The notes beneath the pieces are model-generated. The model was not told the DNA's origin and made no database searches. It saw only the letters and a program-made list of their open reading frames with translations. Positions 1-6,512 of a DNA stretch of 34,294 nucleotides are shown here, one piece after another; the stretch's first letter is position 1, and the number at the start of each line of letters is the position of its first letter. Made by a program: the position numbers and the translations under genes. Origin of the DNA: a virus (lineage: Duplodnaviria > Caudoviricetes); the IMG/VR virus record IMGVR_UViG_3300011336_000110, positions 1 through 34,294 of that record, one strand, 5' to 3'.

Positions 1-148
1 AGCCAACGTCGGGGTGTTGCGTTGCGGCTCGCTTGGGGCATTCGTTTCCTTTGCGTTGTGTGCCGTTGGCGTTGGCCATTTCGCCACCGCAGTTGCCAAT
101 CCGTCCCCACTTGTCTTGCTCAACCCTTTCTTGTTGTAATTCCCGCAG
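1..148. repeat. Terminal direct repeat, left copy (circular-assembly overlap)
   Basis: Matches 34147-34294 except at positions 13 (G/A), 26 (G/T) and 70 (C/A); positions 71-148 are identical. Confidence 0.95.
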
Positions 149-642
149 ACCGTTGGAGTTGGCCACGATCCAGATCCGGTCCCTTTTATGCGGGGCACCA
201 GCGTCTGCTGCTGATACGACACCCCATCGCGCATCAAACCCCATCTCGGCCAAGTCCCCGAGAACACGGTTGAGTCCTCGAGAAGTGAGCAGTGGGGAGT
301 TTTCCACGTAGACGTATCTGGGTTGTACTTCGCTAATGATTCGCGCCATATGGCCCCACATTCCAGATCGCTTTCCGTCGATGCCGGCCCCTTTGCCGGC
401 TGCACTAATGTCTTGACAGGGAAAACCGCCAGATATGACGTCAACACGTCCTGCCCAAGGTTTTCCGTCAAAGGTTTGAACGTCATCCCAAATCGGAAAA
501 GGCGGGAGAATTCCGTCATTCTGTCTGGCGGCAAGTACGCAAGCTGCGTAGGGTTCCCATTCAACGGCGCAGACTGTGCGCCATCCGAGCAAATGGCCGC
601 CGAGTATTCCTCCACCAGCGCCTGCGAAAAGAGCCAACTCAT
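1..642 (-). CDS. Overlapping alternative-frame ORF, putative methyltransferase beta subunit, 5' part; continues to 34015, ~257 aa in total
   Basis: Stop-free from ATG at 642 (MSWLFSQALVEEY...WPRWGLMRDG...SGSWPTPTVCG...). In frame with track ORF 34015-34269. GGAGG lies 8 nt upstream. Confidence 0.75.
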   Translation of the reverse strand, partial: MSWLFSQALVEEYSAAICSDGAQSAPLNGNPTQLAYLPPDRMTEFSRLFRFGMTFKPLTENLGQDVLTSYLAVFPVKTLVQPAKGPASTESDLECGAIWRESLAKYNPDTSTWKTPHCSLLEDSTVFSGTWPRWGLMRDGVSYQQQTLVPRIKGTGSGSWPTPTVCGNYNKKGLSKTSGDGLATAVAKWPTPTAHNAKETNAPSEPQRNTPTLA

Positions 643-646
643 TCAC
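1..646 (-). CDS. DNA (cytosine-5) methyltransferase, alpha/catalytic frame, 5' part; continues at 34146 to 34010, ~260 aa in total
   Basis: Manual translation from GTG at 646: MNELALFAGAGGG (motif I), VDVISGGFPCQDIS (catalytic PC, motif IV), VYVENSP (VI), GAPHKRDRIWIVA (VIII). In frame with track ORF 34010-34225. Confidence 0.92.
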   Translation of the reverse strand, partial: MNELALFAGAGGGILGGHLLGWRTVCAVEWEPYAACVLAARQNDGILPPFPIWDDVQTFDGKPWAGRVDVISGGFPCQDISAAGKGAGIDGKRSGMWGHMARIISEVQPRYVYVENSPLLTSRGLNRVLGDLAEMGFDARWGVVSAADAGAPHKRDRIWIVANSNGLRELQQERVEQDKWGRIGNCGGEMANANGTQRKGNECPKRAATQHPDVG

Positions 647-721
647 GATTCCTCCGGTTGATGAAACCGGATGATTTCACAGATCTCCGCGCTTGTGCGA
701 GAAATTTGCAGGATGACGGGT

Positions 722-735
722 TAGGGATTCCCCTA
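722..735. promoter_or_regulatory. Inverted repeat TAGGG-ATTC-CCCTA, possible protein-binding site
   Basis: 5-bp arms in the divergent intergenic region. Confidence 0.35.
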
Positions 736-758
736 GGTCGAAAAGTGCTCAGATCCTC

Positions 759-787
759 TTGCTTAGGTTGTCAACCTGACCTATGAT
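759..787 (+). promoter_or_regulatory. Sigma70-like early promoter with a palindromic operator in the spacer
   Basis: TTGCTT (759-764), 17 bp spacer, TATGAT (782-787). Spacer holds the inverted repeat AGGTTG-T-CAACCT (765-777). Confidence 0.65.
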
Positions 788-829
788 CCGTTCATGCGCT
801 GCACGTTGTGGCGCTAACAAGGAGCCAAA

Positions 830-994
830 ATGAAAATCATATTGAACCAGCAAGAAGTGCTAGACATCGTGCTAGCCGCCGTCAAAAACAAGGTCGCTGA
901 TGAATTTAACGACATCACGTTCGACCGATACAGCACTGACAGCTTTTGCCGCGTCAGCTACGTTGAGCCAACCTTTGAGGAGTCAGACAAATGA
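830..994 (+). CDS. Small hypothetical protein, 54 aa (not in the ORF track)
   Basis: AAGGAG RBS; MKIILNQQEVLDIVLAAV...EESDK; stop overlaps the next ATG. Confidence 0.75.
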   Translation: MKIILNQQEVLDIVLAAVKNKVADEFNDITFDRYSTDSFCRVSYVEPTFEESDK

Positions 995-1083
995 AACCAG
1001 ATCAAATGGATGCTCTGATCGGCATCGCTAGCGGCTGTGGAATCCTCATCATCTTCATTCTGCTCATCATGGGAGTTCTGTAA
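991..1083 (+). CDS. 30-aa single-TM peptide (not in the ORF track)
   Basis: GAGGAG RBS; MKPDQMDALIGIASGCGILIIFILLIMGVL; ATGA and TAATG coupling on either side. Confidence 0.65.
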   Translation: MKPDQMDALIGIASGCGILIIFILLIMGVL

Positions 1084-2039
1084 TGGTCGGCAAAGTCACC
1101 CCCAACACAATGCTTTCAGCTAGCCGGGTTCCGGCTCTGCTGGGCCAATCTAAGTACGAAACGCCCAACGGCGTGCTGGCCAGCGTCATCAGCGCTCTGC
1201 AAGACATTGACACGTCTTTTGAGACCAACGAATCCATGCACTGGGGCAATCTCTTGGAGGTCCCGATTCTGCTTGAGGCCAGCGGCAGGCTGGGGCTTTC
1301 TAATCTGCGCTTGGATCACGACAAACCATATTTCCACCCAGACGCACCCATTGCTTGCTCGCTAGATGGCAACGGTGACGGGAATGGTCTAGTAGTCACC
1401 AGCAATCCAGACGCAGGCGTTTACGTCGTTGGCCAGGACAGCATTACGCTAGACGGAATAGGCGTGCTGGAAGCCAAGCTCACCGCCAATTTCCCCGAAG
1501 AAGTGCCGCCTGTCAGTCGTGGGCCGCTTCAGCTCCAGGCGCAGATGGATATTGTCGGCGCTAAATGGGGAGCGGTCTGTGTCCTGTATCAAGGGACAAC
1601 GCTACGGATCTTCTTGTTCGCTCCTCACGAAGACACCCAAGCGCTCATCAGAAGCGCTGCACGCGATTTTGAAACCAAGCTGACCCACTGGTCAGAGACT
1701 GGTGAAATCGACTGGTATGCGCCCGTTGACGCCAAAGACGCAGCGCTCAAATGGCCAGGTGATGAGAATCTGGATCTGGTCAACCTTGGTCAGCCAGGAG
1801 CCAACTTTGCCGAGGCAATCGTCAAAGCTAAAAAGCAGATCGCAGAACTGGAAGCTGAGATTGCCGACAACGAAAAAGAGCTGCGGGAAATGATGGGCAA
1901 CGCCACCAAAGCGACCGCTGGCCAGTACAAAATAGAGTGGCCGATGCGACACTATGCCGCGCAACCTGCGCGCGTTGTGGCAGCAAAAGAAGCATACTCA
2001 ATCCGTCAATCGACACTCAAAATCAAGGAGCCAAAATGA
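1083..2039 (+). CDS. YqaJ/lambda-exonuclease-like recombination nuclease
   Basis: SASRVPALLG, MHWGNLLE, ACSLDG, LEAK and QLQAQM motifs; upstream of an ERF gene. Confidence 0.85.
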   Translation: MVGKVTPNTMLSASRVPALLGQSKYETPNGVLASVISALQDIDTSFETNESMHWGNLLEVPILLEASGRLGLSNLRLDHDKPYFHPDAPIACSLDGNGDGNGLVVTSNPDAGVYVVGQDSITLDGIGVLEAKLTANFPEEVPPVSRGPLQLQAQMDIVGAKWGAVCVLYQGTTLRIFLFAPHEDTQALIRSAARDFETKLTHWSETGEIDWYAPVDAKDAALKWPGDENLDLVNLGQPGANFAEAIVKAKKQIAELEAEIADNEKELREMMGNATKATAGQYKIEWPMRHYAAQPARVVAAKEAYSIRQSTLKIKEPK

Positions 2040-2815
2040 AAATAGCAGCAGCATTCGTAGCCGCCAAACGCGAGTTTGCACCGGCTCTCAAAACGTCCAC
2101 AAACCCTCATTTCAAGAACCGATACGTTGACCTGTCTGGTTGCCTAGAAGCTGTCAACGATGCGTTGCTGGCCAATGGGATCGCGGTCTACCAGGAAACC
2201 TTTGAAGTGCCGGATGGCGTCTGCGTGGAAACCTGCTTCCTGCACGAATCCGGTGAGACTCTGCGCATGGGCAAGCTGCACGTCCCAGCCGCTAAACACG
2301 ACCCGCAGGGTTATGGCAGTGCCCTGACCTACGCTCGCCGCTATTCGCTGATGGCAGCGTGCGGCATCGCTGCCGAGGATGACGATGGCAACGCAGCCAG
2401 CCAGCCTCGTAAGAAGTTTGAGCCGCAACCCAAGCCAGCAAACCCGCTTGATGCTGTCGTGCAGAAGGTAACTGCCGAATCTGCCGAATCCGTTGCAGAA
2501 CCCTCGCCAAAGCAGATTGAATATCAAGATGAATCTGGTGGTTCTTGGGCGCTCAGATTGCCAAACAAGTCCGAGCCACAGTCAATCAGCTTTAACCAAG
2601 AATCCTGGCTCAATGAATTCAACGCTCTGGCTGACTCGGTAATGAAGTCGGGCAAGCTGCCGCCCGCCCAGCGCATTGAGAAGCTTAAACAGTTGCGACA
2701 GGCAAACGAAACCGAAATCTCTCGGCTGGTGATGATGGATAAAGCCAAGTTCTTGCAAACCGATAGCCAACGGATCGGCGCTCTTGATGCGCTAGCCAAA
2801 GCAGCAGCACAGTGA
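2036..2815 (+). CDS. erf: ERF-family single-strand annealing protein
   Basis: NPHFKNRYVDL and QGYGSALTYARRYSLMAACGIAAEDDDGN signature; start at 2036 with AAGGAG RBS. Confidence 0.9.
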   Translation: MKIAAAFVAAKREFAPALKTSTNPHFKNRYVDLSGCLEAVNDALLANGIAVYQETFEVPDGVCVETCFLHESGETLRMGKLHVPAAKHDPQGYGSALTYARRYSLMAACGIAAEDDDGNAASQPRKKFEPQPKPANPLDAVVQKVTAESAESVAEPSPKQIEYQDESGGSWALRLPNKSEPQSISFNQESWLNEFNALADSVMKSGKLPPAQRIEKLKQLRQANETEISRLVMMDKAKFLQTDSQRIGALDALAKAAAQ

Positions 2816-3036
2816 GATTGGCACGTATACGCCTGCTAGACGCAATCGGAGGTCTTGAAAAAGACCTCGGCAGGCTACCCAGCATGAATGAGATTGCACG
2901 GGTTCTGGGGTGCTCTCCTCAGAACGTTCACAAGATGATCAAACGCATGAGGTCCAAAAGTGAAACAGTGTCCTCCCTGCCACAAGGATTGCAACGAAGG
3001 TCGGAAGTGTCCCGTGCGGTACGGGATTCTGGATGA
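2812..3036 (+). CDS. Small HTH protein resembling a LexA N-terminal DNA-binding domain
   Basis: GRLPSMNEIARVLGCSPQNVHKMIKRM; no peptidase domain. Confidence 0.65.
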   Translation: MRLARIRLLDAIGGLEKDLGRLPSMNEIARVLGCSPQNVHKMIKRMRSKSETVSSLPQGLQRRSEVSRAVRDSG

Positions 3037-3157
3037 TGAGGGACAGGTTGTACGCTGGGTATGGTCCATGCCGCCATACCCGCACATTGTTGAAAAAATC
3101 AAGCGTCTGCGCAAACCCAAGACAGATCTGTCCAAAGTGCCAGACGCACCGTTTTAA
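2960..3157 (+). CDS. Hypothetical Cys-rich small protein
   Basis: CPPCHKDCNEGRKCP N-terminus; GAGG RBS. Confidence 0.55.
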   Translation: MKQCPPCHKDCNEGRKCPVRYGILDDEGQVVRWVWSMPPYPHIVEKIKRLRKPKTDLSKVPDAPF

Positions 3158-3166
3158 GGAGTTGAA

Positions 3167-3382
3167 ATGAAAACAGAAGATGTTATCCGTATGGCTCTGG
3201 AAGCTGGGGCCAATCCTTCATATAACCCAGACAAATGGGACATTTTAGAAATCAGCGACAAAAGCCTTGAACGCTTTGCCGCCCTTGTCGCCGCGCATGA
3301 GCGGGAGGAGTGCGCCAAGTTAGCAGACAAATACATGGAGCGTTGGACAGCCGACGCTATTCGCGCAAGGGGAGAGAAATGA
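3167..3382 (+). CDS. Hypothetical phage protein, paralog 1
   Basis: AAGGAG RBS; VIRMA...FAALVAAHEREECA...AIRARG. Confidence 0.75.
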   Translation: MKTEDVIRMALEAGANPSYNPDKWDILEISDKSLERFAALVAAHEREECAKLADKYMERWTADAIRARGEK

Positions 3383-3624
3383 CCAACGATGACATTATCC
3401 GCATGGCTCGGAAAGCTGAACTGGCTTACGGTCCTGACGAAAAACCATTGGAATCCGTTCTTTGCTTTGCTGCCCTTGTTGCCTCGCATGAGCGGGAGGC
3501 TTGCGCCCAATTGTTAGAACGCACTGACCTTAGCGCATTCAAAGACAACATCAACGCTCAAGTATGGTTTGGAAAAATGCTTATGGGTTTCGCTGACGCC
3601 ATCCGGGCTAGGGGACAGAAATGA
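3379..3624 (+). CDS. Hypothetical phage protein, paralog 2
   Basis: ATGA-coupled start at 3379; IIRMA...FAALVASHEREACA...AIRARG. Confidence 0.75.
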   Translation: MTNDDIIRMARKAELAYGPDEKPLESVLCFAALVASHEREACAQLLERTDLSAFKDNINAQVWFGKMLMGFADAIRARGQK

Positions 3625-3911
3625 ACTACTCAGTACCAGAGCTGCCAGAGAGCCAACCCGCACAAGGGAAAGTCCGATTTGAGCAGGCGTGCTTCAAGTG
3701 CGGCAGTCACTACTGCCTGATGGATTGCGTCAAAGAAGAGCTGGAACCAGCACCAGAACGTACTTGGGTTGGCCTGACTGACAAAGAGCTTGAGGATGCT
3801 TTCTACCACGTTGAGTACGACACAACGGTCATCTTTTACAAAGACCCGGACAAATGGTGCCAGGAATTCTACAAGCGTATCGACCGGCTGTTAGAGGAGA
3901 AAAACAAGTGA
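3621..3911 (+). CDS. Hypothetical protein with CxxC and WVGLTDKE motifs
   Basis: Coupled at both ends within the operon. Confidence 0.7.
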   Translation: MNYSVPELPESQPAQGKVRFEQACFKCGSHYCLMDCVKEELEPAPERTWVGLTDKELEDAFYHVEYDTTVIFYKDPDKWCQEFYKRIDRLLEEKNK

Positions 3912-4330
3912 GATTCAATGGAGCCGACTACGACCCAGACAGAGACGACCTTAGGCTGACTGGTCAGTTGCGCAGGATCTGGGAGATCGTCATTGATGGT
4001 CGCTGGTACACCCTGAAAGACATTTCAATCCGGACAGGAGACCCAGAGCCTAGCATCAGCGCTCAGTTGCGCCACCTGAGAAAACCACGGTTTGGCAGTC
4101 ATATTGTGGAGCGTGAGTACATCGCAAACGGTCTTTATAAGTACCGCGTGCTTTCAGAACCAAAGGAGAAAACAAATGATCATCAAAGGCAAGATCGTCC
4201 CAGATTGGGACAAAAGCAAAATTTCAACGGCGTACCAAAAGCCAAACCAGTTTCGCGTGATCACGTGGGGCATGGGTCGCATCCAGTCCTGGCTGTTGGG
4301 TCAGAAGCCTCTGTCTCGCAACCTGCTTGA
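3908..4330 (+). CDS. Putative winged-HTH protein
   Basis: GTG at 3908 with GAGGAG RBS; WYTLKDISIRTGDPEPSISAQLRHLRK. Confidence 0.65.
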   Translation: MRFNGADYDPDRDDLRLTGQLRRIWEIVIDGRWYTLKDISIRTGDPEPSISAQLRHLRKPRFGSHIVEREYIANGLYKYRVLSEPKEKTNDHQRQDRPRLGQKQNFNGVPKAKPVSRDHVGHGSHPVLAVGSEASVSQPA

Positions 4331-4346
4331 AAAGCTGATACGTTAA
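4176..4346 (+). CDS. Hypothetical protein, 56 aa
   Basis: AAGGAG RBS before ATG 4176; stop overlaps the convergent stop at 4343-4346. Confidence 0.6.
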   Translation: MIIKGKIVPDWDKSKISTAYQKPNQFRVITWGMGRIQSWLLGQKPLSRNLLEKLIR

Positions 4347-5326
4347 ATAGCAGAAACGTCGATGAGCTGGCCACGAAAATCAAGCAATCCTTCGGAATGT
4401 TTTGACGCCAGCTCTGGCCACAGAAGTTTGCCATTGTTGAACGTCAAAACCGCAAACCCGCTGCGCCAGTTCACCGGATTGTCCTCAAGGTAATCGTTAA
4501 ATTGCTTTCCATCAATGTCGGCTAGCGTGCCGGTATCGACTCCATATCGTGTGCCGGTGTAGTCCGTAAACGGGGTCACCTTAAGCGAATGCAGATGGCC
4601 AGTGACGATGCTCACGCCTGACCCTGTTGTATTGTTGTGGGTCGCATGAATGCCGTTTTTGTACCGATGCTTGACCACAACTCTATCAGTCAACCAGCAA
4701 CTCCAGCACGGATGCCAGGCTTGGAAATGATCCTTTAGGCTAAACCCTGCCACGCCCTCATAGCCGCCAGCGTTTGCCGCTAAGAAGTTCTCAAATCTTG
4801 AGTCGTGGTTGCCTAATGGCCATATGAGCTGCACGTTGTGCCGCGCCGCTTTGGCCACTGCCTCTATTTCTGCAAGCGCTTCCTGACAGGCGTGAAGCTC
4901 TTCTTTGACGCTCGGCTGTTGGGTCCATCCAATCCGTGGGAAACGGCTGATAGACGCCCCGTCAAACGCATCGCCGTTGTTAATTACAGCATAGGGCTTA
5001 AACTCGCTGATCGCCCACAGCAGCCCCTTAAACGCCGTCGTGCGTACGCCTGGCCAGAAGTGAGCATCAGAAAAGACAATCACTGTTCCTGTTGTGATTC
5101 CAGCCTGGTGCCGAGCCTTGGTTAAATGATGGGTTTGTAAACCGTCGTAAAACCGCGCATTGTGGTGCGCTGCTTCGAGCTTAATCTTGAGCTTTTTTTC
5201 TATTGATCTGCGTCGAAGATGGACGTTGCGCTCAGTAACGCCAAGAAATTCTGAGACTTTAGATGCGCCTTTAAACCGATTCCAAGCAGATATAAACTCT
5301 TCGTCAGTGGCAACTGCCTTTACCAT
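4343..5326 (-). CDS. Calcineurin-like metallophosphoesterase
   Basis: SDAH, NGDAFD, GNHD and GHLH metal-binding motifs. Confidence 0.85.
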   Translation of the reverse strand: MVKAVATDEEFISAWNRFKGASKVSEFLGVTERNVHLRRRSIEKKLKIKLEAAHHNARFYDGLQTHHLTKARHQAGITTGTVIVFSDAHFWPGVRTTAFKGLLWAISEFKPYAVINNGDAFDGASISRFPRIGWTQQPSVKEELHACQEALAEIEAVAKAARHNVQLIWPLGNHDSRFENFLAANAGGYEGVAGFSLKDHFQAWHPCWSCWLTDRVVVKHRYKNGIHATHNNTTGSGVSIVTGHLHSLKVTPFTDYTGTRYGVDTGTLADIDGKQFNDYLEDNPVNWRSGFAVLTFNNGKLLWPELASKHSEGLLDFRGQLIDVSAI

Positions 5327-5398
5327 TTTTTAGCACCATCCGTTGAGATAGTGCTAAATATCACAGCGCTCTTTAACTGTCTAGCAAAAGCGTCTGAT

Positions 5399-5908
5399 TT
5401 ATAAGTTTTTCTTCGCAAAATCTTCTACAGCGTTGACTCGACGCGTCCAGCCTTTGCCAAACACTGCAAATCCCTTTAGAGACTCAAGAAACCGGAGCCT
5501 TGAATCACAGTAATCTTCAATTAAATCCTCTGGCTTTTCTCGTGCAATCGCCCCCAGCGTCAAAGGTCCGATGATCCCATCAGCCTTCAGTCCGAGCACG
5601 CGCTGCAAGGTCACCACGGCTTGTTTGGGTCCACTGTTGACTGCATAGTCAAAGACGCAGAAGTCCAGCCCAGCCGGTAGATCTTCGCAACGAGCCTTGT
5701 TCCAGTAACGACCGCGGTAGAGCGGGGTTACCTCTTCAACCGTCAGGTGGCGCATACAATCTTCTGATACGCCAACGCCTACCCAATCCTCCCACGTCAT
5801 TCTGGTAACGCCGTGATTGGTCATTCCACCAGGATCGGCAGGATGGTTGCAAAAGCCTCCCTCAAAACCAAGCGTCAGTGTCAACGCTTTCTGAAAATTG
5901 TCTTTCAT
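5399..5908 (-). CDS. Endolysin, glycosyl hydrolase family 108, with peptidoglycan-binding segment
   Basis: FEGGFCNHPADPGGMTNHGVT, FDYAVNSG, DGIIGPLTL, FGKGWTRR. Confidence 0.9.
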   Translation of the reverse strand: MKDNFQKALTLTLGFEGGFCNHPADPGGMTNHGVTRMTWEDWVGVGVSEDCMRHLTVEEVTPLYRGRYWNKARCEDLPAGLDFCVFDYAVNSGPKQAVVTLQRVLGLKADGIIGPLTLGAIAREKPEDLIEDYCDSRLRFLESLKGFAVFGKGWTRRVNAVEDFAKKNL

Positions 5909-6306
5909 TTTGTCGCTACTCCTTGAACTTTCTCGAAGGTCCGTAGACCACCAAGTCCAAGCATACCGAACATCAGTTCCCAAAGGGTGGCGTCAAGGGT
6001 AGGCATTTCCCCTAGTTCGACCCCGTGCAACCGCGCAACGTAAGAGCCGATAGGTCGCACAACGTATTGATATGCAAGCGCTGTAGCGCAAACCCAGCCA
6101 ATCGCTGGTCGCCAGCCTGCGACAAAAAGACTCGTCGATTGAGCCTCAGCTTTGTTGATCTCAAGCTGGCCAACGATCTTTGCAAGCTCGCCTGACTGCT
6201 GGAGCTTAAGCAGCTCTAACTGTGCGCTGGCCTGCTGCGCCGGGTCTGGCCAAACCCGCTTGATGATCTCGGAGCCAAGCCCGAGGATCGCTTCAAGTCC
6301 GATCAT
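5905..6306 (-). CDS. Putative holin (3TM-holin-like)
   Basis: FVAGWRPAIGW...GMLGLGGLRTFEK; adjacent to the endolysin. Confidence 0.75.
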   Translation of the reverse strand: MIGLEAILGLGSEIIKRVWPDPAQQASAQLELLKLQQSGELAKIVGQLEINKAEAQSTSLFVAGWRPAIGWVCATALAYQYVVRPIGSYVARLHGVELGEMPTLDATLWELMFGMLGLGGLRTFEKVQGVATK

Positions 6307-6506
6307 TTGGAGAAATAACTAAGACACCAACCAGCCAACGTGCTTAGGCCAGAAACAATTGCCATACCAAACCAAAGCCCACCCTTTGACTGATTAGCAA
6401 GAGCCAGCAACTTTTTTACGTCTGCCTGCATTTCGGTCACCTGACGTTCCATCAGATCAACCTTGGCTATAAGCTGTCCGTATTGGATGGGATCTATATC
6501 TGACAT
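6303..6506 (-). CDS. Small membrane protein in the lysis cassette
   Basis: Coiled-coil-like segment followed by a C-terminal TM segment. Confidence 0.65.
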   Translation of the reverse strand: MSDIDPIQYGQLIAKVDLMERQVTEMQADVKKLLALANQSKGGLWFGMAIVSGLSTLAGWCLSYFSK

Positions 6507-6512
6507 GGCTAA

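Noticed and set aside
22-661. Plus-strand ORFs 22-273, 33-311 and 323-661
   Set aside because: Antisense shadows of the dual-coded methyltransferase locus, with no RBS or recognisable motifs.
1937-2035. Upstream-extended starts in the ORF track (e.g. 1937, 3310, 3854, 5983, 10567, 11731, 17201, 29516, 31344)
   Set aside because: Downstream starts have RBSs, stop-start coupling or avoid long overlaps.
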